Source: the human T2T-CHM13v2.0 reference genome, Homo sapiens. From it: a DNA stretch of 64,000 nucleotides. Position 1 is the first letter of the stretch. Every line of letters starts with the position of its first letter. The stretch lies in the NCBI RefSeq assembly GCF_009914755.1, contig NC_060928.1. One strand, written 5' to 3'. The position numbers were made by a program, and so were the translations under genes. The notes under the pieces are model-generated. The model searched no databases, was not told where the DNA came from, and saw nothing but the letters and a program-made list of their open reading frames with translations. Below are positions 58,225-64,000 of this stretch, one piece after another.

Positions 58225-59020
58225 AATATAGTTGCGAATATAAAAAGACAAGACAAATAGTTACAATGTCATCCAGAGAAAAACAATAAAATGCAATTAG
58301 TAATAACAAATAGTTGTATGTGATTAAAAAAAAGGAATAGAATACAGGAGAAGATTTTTGTTTCTTGCTTTTAATTGTTGAGGTAGGTCTAGTTACAAAT
58401 GGATACAGGAAAAGGCTTTCTGAAAGTTGACAATAAGTATACAAACGACCCAAGTTTCCGCAGGGGAAAAAAGTTGACAATAAGCAGAGAAACAGAACTA
58501 ACGATTTTATTTTTTAAAAAAAATCTTAAATTATGAAGAAATGTATTTCTGACAGAGAGAATAACATAAGAGAAGGCCCTTCTCTGGAATTAAGATGATT
58601 GAAGGGATGTAATTTGTATTTTAAGCATTAAAAGAGAAAGAGAGTAGTTGAATCTAAATTTGAGTAAATTAGCAGAAACTAGAATGCAATGGATTTGTAG
58701 TTTTTTCCTCATAGGTAATATTTATTTGCAGTTCAGTGTAAAGCTATTGAAGACTTCTAAGCAGAAACTACCATAATATTTAATTTATTGTTATAGCAAT
58801 ATGTTCCATTATAGGGAAAATAATGGAAGAAAATATATACTTGCCATAGAAAAAACAGTAAACAAGTTACTATAGTAATCTGATATTTATTTCTGCATAA
58901 AAAATCACTACAAACTTATATGATTAAACTATTATTTTGCAGTTTTCATGAGTCCAGTCCTGCTATGCCTTACAGGTGATATCTGCACAGGGTCTCACAA
59001 GTGAAAACTAAAGTGAGAAC

Positions 59021-60377
<1,357 letters not shown>

Positions 60378-61195
60378 CAGATAGAAATAAAGCTGGCAGC
60401 CATGGCTGAGGTCTTATCTGAGGCTTGGGGTATTCTCCCAATCTCATATATTTTTTAGCATAATTAGTTGCTTTATTTTTGAAGCTGTAGAAGTTAGGGC
60501 AGTTTTAATTTTCAAAGACATCATGTATTGTAGGAGTTAGGGCAGTTTCCTTTTTCAAAGACAACACGAAAGAGAGGCACTGACTTCTAGAACCTCTTTT
60601 ATGAGCCCAACTGATTTGTCCAAGCCTACCCAAAATAATCATCTTTAGATAAACTCAAAGTAAACTGAAAAGGGCCTTAATTCCATCTGCAAAATCCCTT
60701 CACCTTTTCCATATAATAGAACCTAACTTTGGAAATGATTTCCCATCATAGTCAACGGTTCGACCCACATTCAGGAGGAAGTGATTATACAAGGCATGTA
60801 CATCAGGGAGCTCAACTCTGGGGGAAGTCTGAGAATTCTACCTATTACTATCCACCTGCAATTTACTTCTTTCCCACATGCAAACTATGTTTACTCTCTC
60901 CCAAGACTCTCAAAAGTTGCATATCATTATAGCAATGGCTCAATTTCCAGAATCTCATCATCTAAATCTACATCTCATCAACTCAAAGTTTAAAATGCCA
61001 TCATCTAAATGAGATGTGAATGAGTCCCCTAGGAGTAATCATACTGTATCATCTGTATTTATACAGATCCTGGGGCAGGGCATTTCTCTCTCTCTCTCCC
61101 CACCAGCCCCCCATTAAGGAGACAAATTATTGGCTTTTAACACTCCAAACAATGAAGAGAAAGGCAAGGGATAGCAGGTGTAGATTGTAGATATT

Positions 61196-61612
61196 TGTGT
61201 TAGTCTGTTTGCATTGCTATGAAAGAATACCTGAGGCTCAATAGTTTATAAGGAAAAGAGATTTATTTAGCCCATGGTTCTGCACACTGCATATGAAGCA
61301 TGGCTCCAGTATCTGCTTCTGGTGAGGGCTTCAGAAAGCTTCCAATCATGGGGGAAGGACAGAGGGGGTTGGTATGTTACATCGTGAGAGAGGAAATGAG
61401 AGAGGGAGGGGTGACGCCATGCTCTTTTAAACAAGCATCTCTCACAGGGACTCATAGGCTGAGAACTCACTCATTACTGTGGGGAGGGCACCACACCATT
61501 CATGAGGAGTCTGCCCTCATGACATAAACACCTCTCCCTAGGCCCCACCTTCTACACTGGGGATCACATCTCAACATGAGATATGGAGGGGACAAATATC
61601 TGAACTATATCA
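61196..61612 (-). mobile_element. MSTB-like MaLR solo LTR
   Basis: TG...CA ends with 5-bp TSD atatt (61191-61195 and 61613-61617). Confidence 0.9.
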
Positions 61613-62813
61613 ATATTCCATTTCAGAAGGAGAGTAAATAAAAAGTAAAAAGGAGTCACTGGCCATCATAGTCTGAAACACAGTAGACAAGCGCAGCATT
61701 TCCCTTAATTAGGTTTCAAAGCCTGGGAATAACTCTCACTGACTCTTGGCCAAGTTGTGTGGGCTCTTGTTTCTGTCTTCTGAGTTGTCCTTCCTTTTTC
61801 ATGGAGGGTAGTATACGTTTGCCACTGAGTAGTTTTAATAGCCTTCTTCCTGCCAGTAGAATTTCTGAGGGCCCATAACCTCCTACCATTTTGTACTCTC
61901 TCAGTCCATTTCAATCACAGCTGGCAGTGTTTCTGCTGAAATGAATTTTTCAAAATATTTGTGGGTCTTGTGGGGATTTCATAGAATTTTCCTCCATTAG
62001 ACAAAAGCCACATTCACAGATCTTTCTTGAGATAATCCTGTCTCTATCTTAGGCTTCTGCTGAAGTGGCTGAGGGGACAATACCCTCAAGCTTTCTAAAG
62101 GCCTTCTGGTTTAAGTAAAAAGAAATATGAGGCATGTTCCCACTCTCTTGAAAAGGTCCTTTCTGTGGCTGACTACTTTGATCTTTTGATCAATCTGAAA
62201 TTTTAACGAAAGGTTGTAGTCATACATTCAGTCTTTCTCTATACTAGTTTTGGCAGATATTTCTGATACTTAACATTTTTGTCATCTGGAGAGGCAGAGA
62301 ACTTACAAAATTATCTAGCCTGATTCCTTTTTGTTTAACAGTTCTTCCTTTAATTTATCTCTTTCCTCTCCTATTTTGCTATAAACAGCAAGAAGACAGG
62401 GGTACATACTTTAACATTTTACTCAGAAATCTCCCTAGCTATGGCCAGGTTCTTTCTTTACAAATTCTGCTTTCTGTATAACTGCAGGTCACAATTTCAC
62501 TAAGCTTTCTGCCACTACTTAACAAGTAACTTCCTTCCTCTGGTTTCCAATAACATGCTCCTCACTTCCTTCTGAGCCTGCACTGGGGTAACATCTTTAG
62601 AGTGCAGATTATCACTAGCAGTCTGATGAAGATTTAGGCCTTATCTCAGTGATTTAGACTTTCTCTACTATGCTCCTCAGAATTTTTCTCCACTCACTTC
62701 TCAGTTCCAAAACTTCCCCACCCTTTTATATCTCCATTGTACCTGCAGCCCACTTTCCAGTACCAAAACCTGATTAACATAATGCCATAAATTCAACAGC
62801 TTAAAACAGTATA

Positions 62814-63875
62814 CAGTTGACCCTTGAACAATGCCAACTTGAACTGTGTTGATTGACTGATGTAGATTTTTTCGATAAATATATTGGAAAACTTTGTGCA
62901 GACTTGCGACAAGATGAAAAACTCACAGATGAACCTTGTAGCCTAAAACTATTGAAATAATTAAGAAAAAGTTAGTTATGTTATAAATACATGAAATATG
63001 TAGATCCTTGTCTATCCTAGTCTATTTTATCACTTACCACTGTAGAATATGCAAAAATCTATTGTACAAGGTTAAACTTCATCAAAACTTACACCCAAAA
63101 ATACTTACAGACTATACACAGTGCCATTCCCAGCCAAGAGAAATGTAAACAAATATAAGGAGGCAGAATTAAATTATCACTGCACATAATTAACTCTACT
63201 ATATACTACCATAATAATTTCAAAGCCACCTCCTGTTGCTGTTGTGGTGAACTTAAGTGTTGCAAGCATCCGCTAAAAATGCTGTGTGACGTTCATCATC
63301 TCTGCAAGAGCAGTTCGTCTCTCCAGTAAATTGCATATGGCAGTAAAAAGTGATTTCTTAAGGTTCCTATGTATTTTTCATTGTGTTCAGAGCACTACTG
63401 TAAACCTTGAATAACACCATGAGATGCATATGAAGGGCCACTTGTGATGTTGGAAGTGCTCCTAAAAAGCAGATGAGAGGCATAACCTTAGAAGAAAAAG
63501 TTAAATTGCTTGATATCTACCATAGATTGAGGTCTGCAGCTGCGGGTGCCGCCATTTCATATGGACCATTCATTGTGTAAACAGGCAGTCTAAACTTAAA
63601 TCATTCACAAGTACAGTCGAGTGCTATAAATGTATTTTCTCTTTCTTATGATTTTCTTAAAAACATTTTCTTTTTTAGCTTACTAAATTGTGAAAATATA
63701 GTATATAATACATATAAAACAAAAAATACTTGTTAATTGACTATGTTATCTTAAGGCATCTGGACAATGATAGGCTATTAATTGTTAAGTTTCCAGAGAG
63801 TCAAAAATTATTCCTAAATGTTCAGCTGCACAGGTGGTTAGCATCCTAACCCCTGTGTTGCTCAAGAGTCAACTG
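62814..63875 (+). mobile_element. Tigger2-family non-autonomous element (Tigger2b-like, about 1.06 kb)
   Basis: TIRs cagttgacccttgaacaa and ttgctcaagagtcaactg with TA TSDs. Transposase N-terminal remnant APKKQMRGITLEEKVKLLDIY at about 63458-63520. Confidence 0.9.
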
Positions 63876-64000
63876 TATGTTTATTATCTCCCAATATTCA
63901 TGGATTAGGACACTGAACACAGCTTAATTGTGTTGTCTGTTCAAGATCATATGTGTACAGCCAAGGTGTTGATCTCATCTGAAACTTAAGGTCCTTTTCC

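Overview
AT-rich, repeat-dense primate genomic DNA (AluY, LTR12 and Tigger2-family elements point to human or a close relative), probably intergenic or deep intronic. No intact protein-coding gene, RNA gene or CRISPR array is supported. The recognisable ORFs are Alu, L1, LTR or transposase remnants, and the rest are short AT-rich ORFs I could not assign. Standout: a 2.4-kb ERV-L-derived element (13495-15897) built like a DNA transposon. Two MLT2 LTRs, each with the same ~120-bp inner extension, face each other as long inverted repeats around only the RNase H and integrase part of pol. The unit carries a perfect 5-bp TSD and splits a MIR. Also notable: a 5'-inverted COX7C processed pseudogene inside an L1, a TA-flanked solo Hsmar1 TIR inside a Tigger4 transposase, a ~94-bp fold-back inside a MER4-group LTR, and two deep nests of transposable elements. 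Family and subfamily names come from my recall of consensus sequences, not a database search. Boundaries without a stated TSD are approximate.
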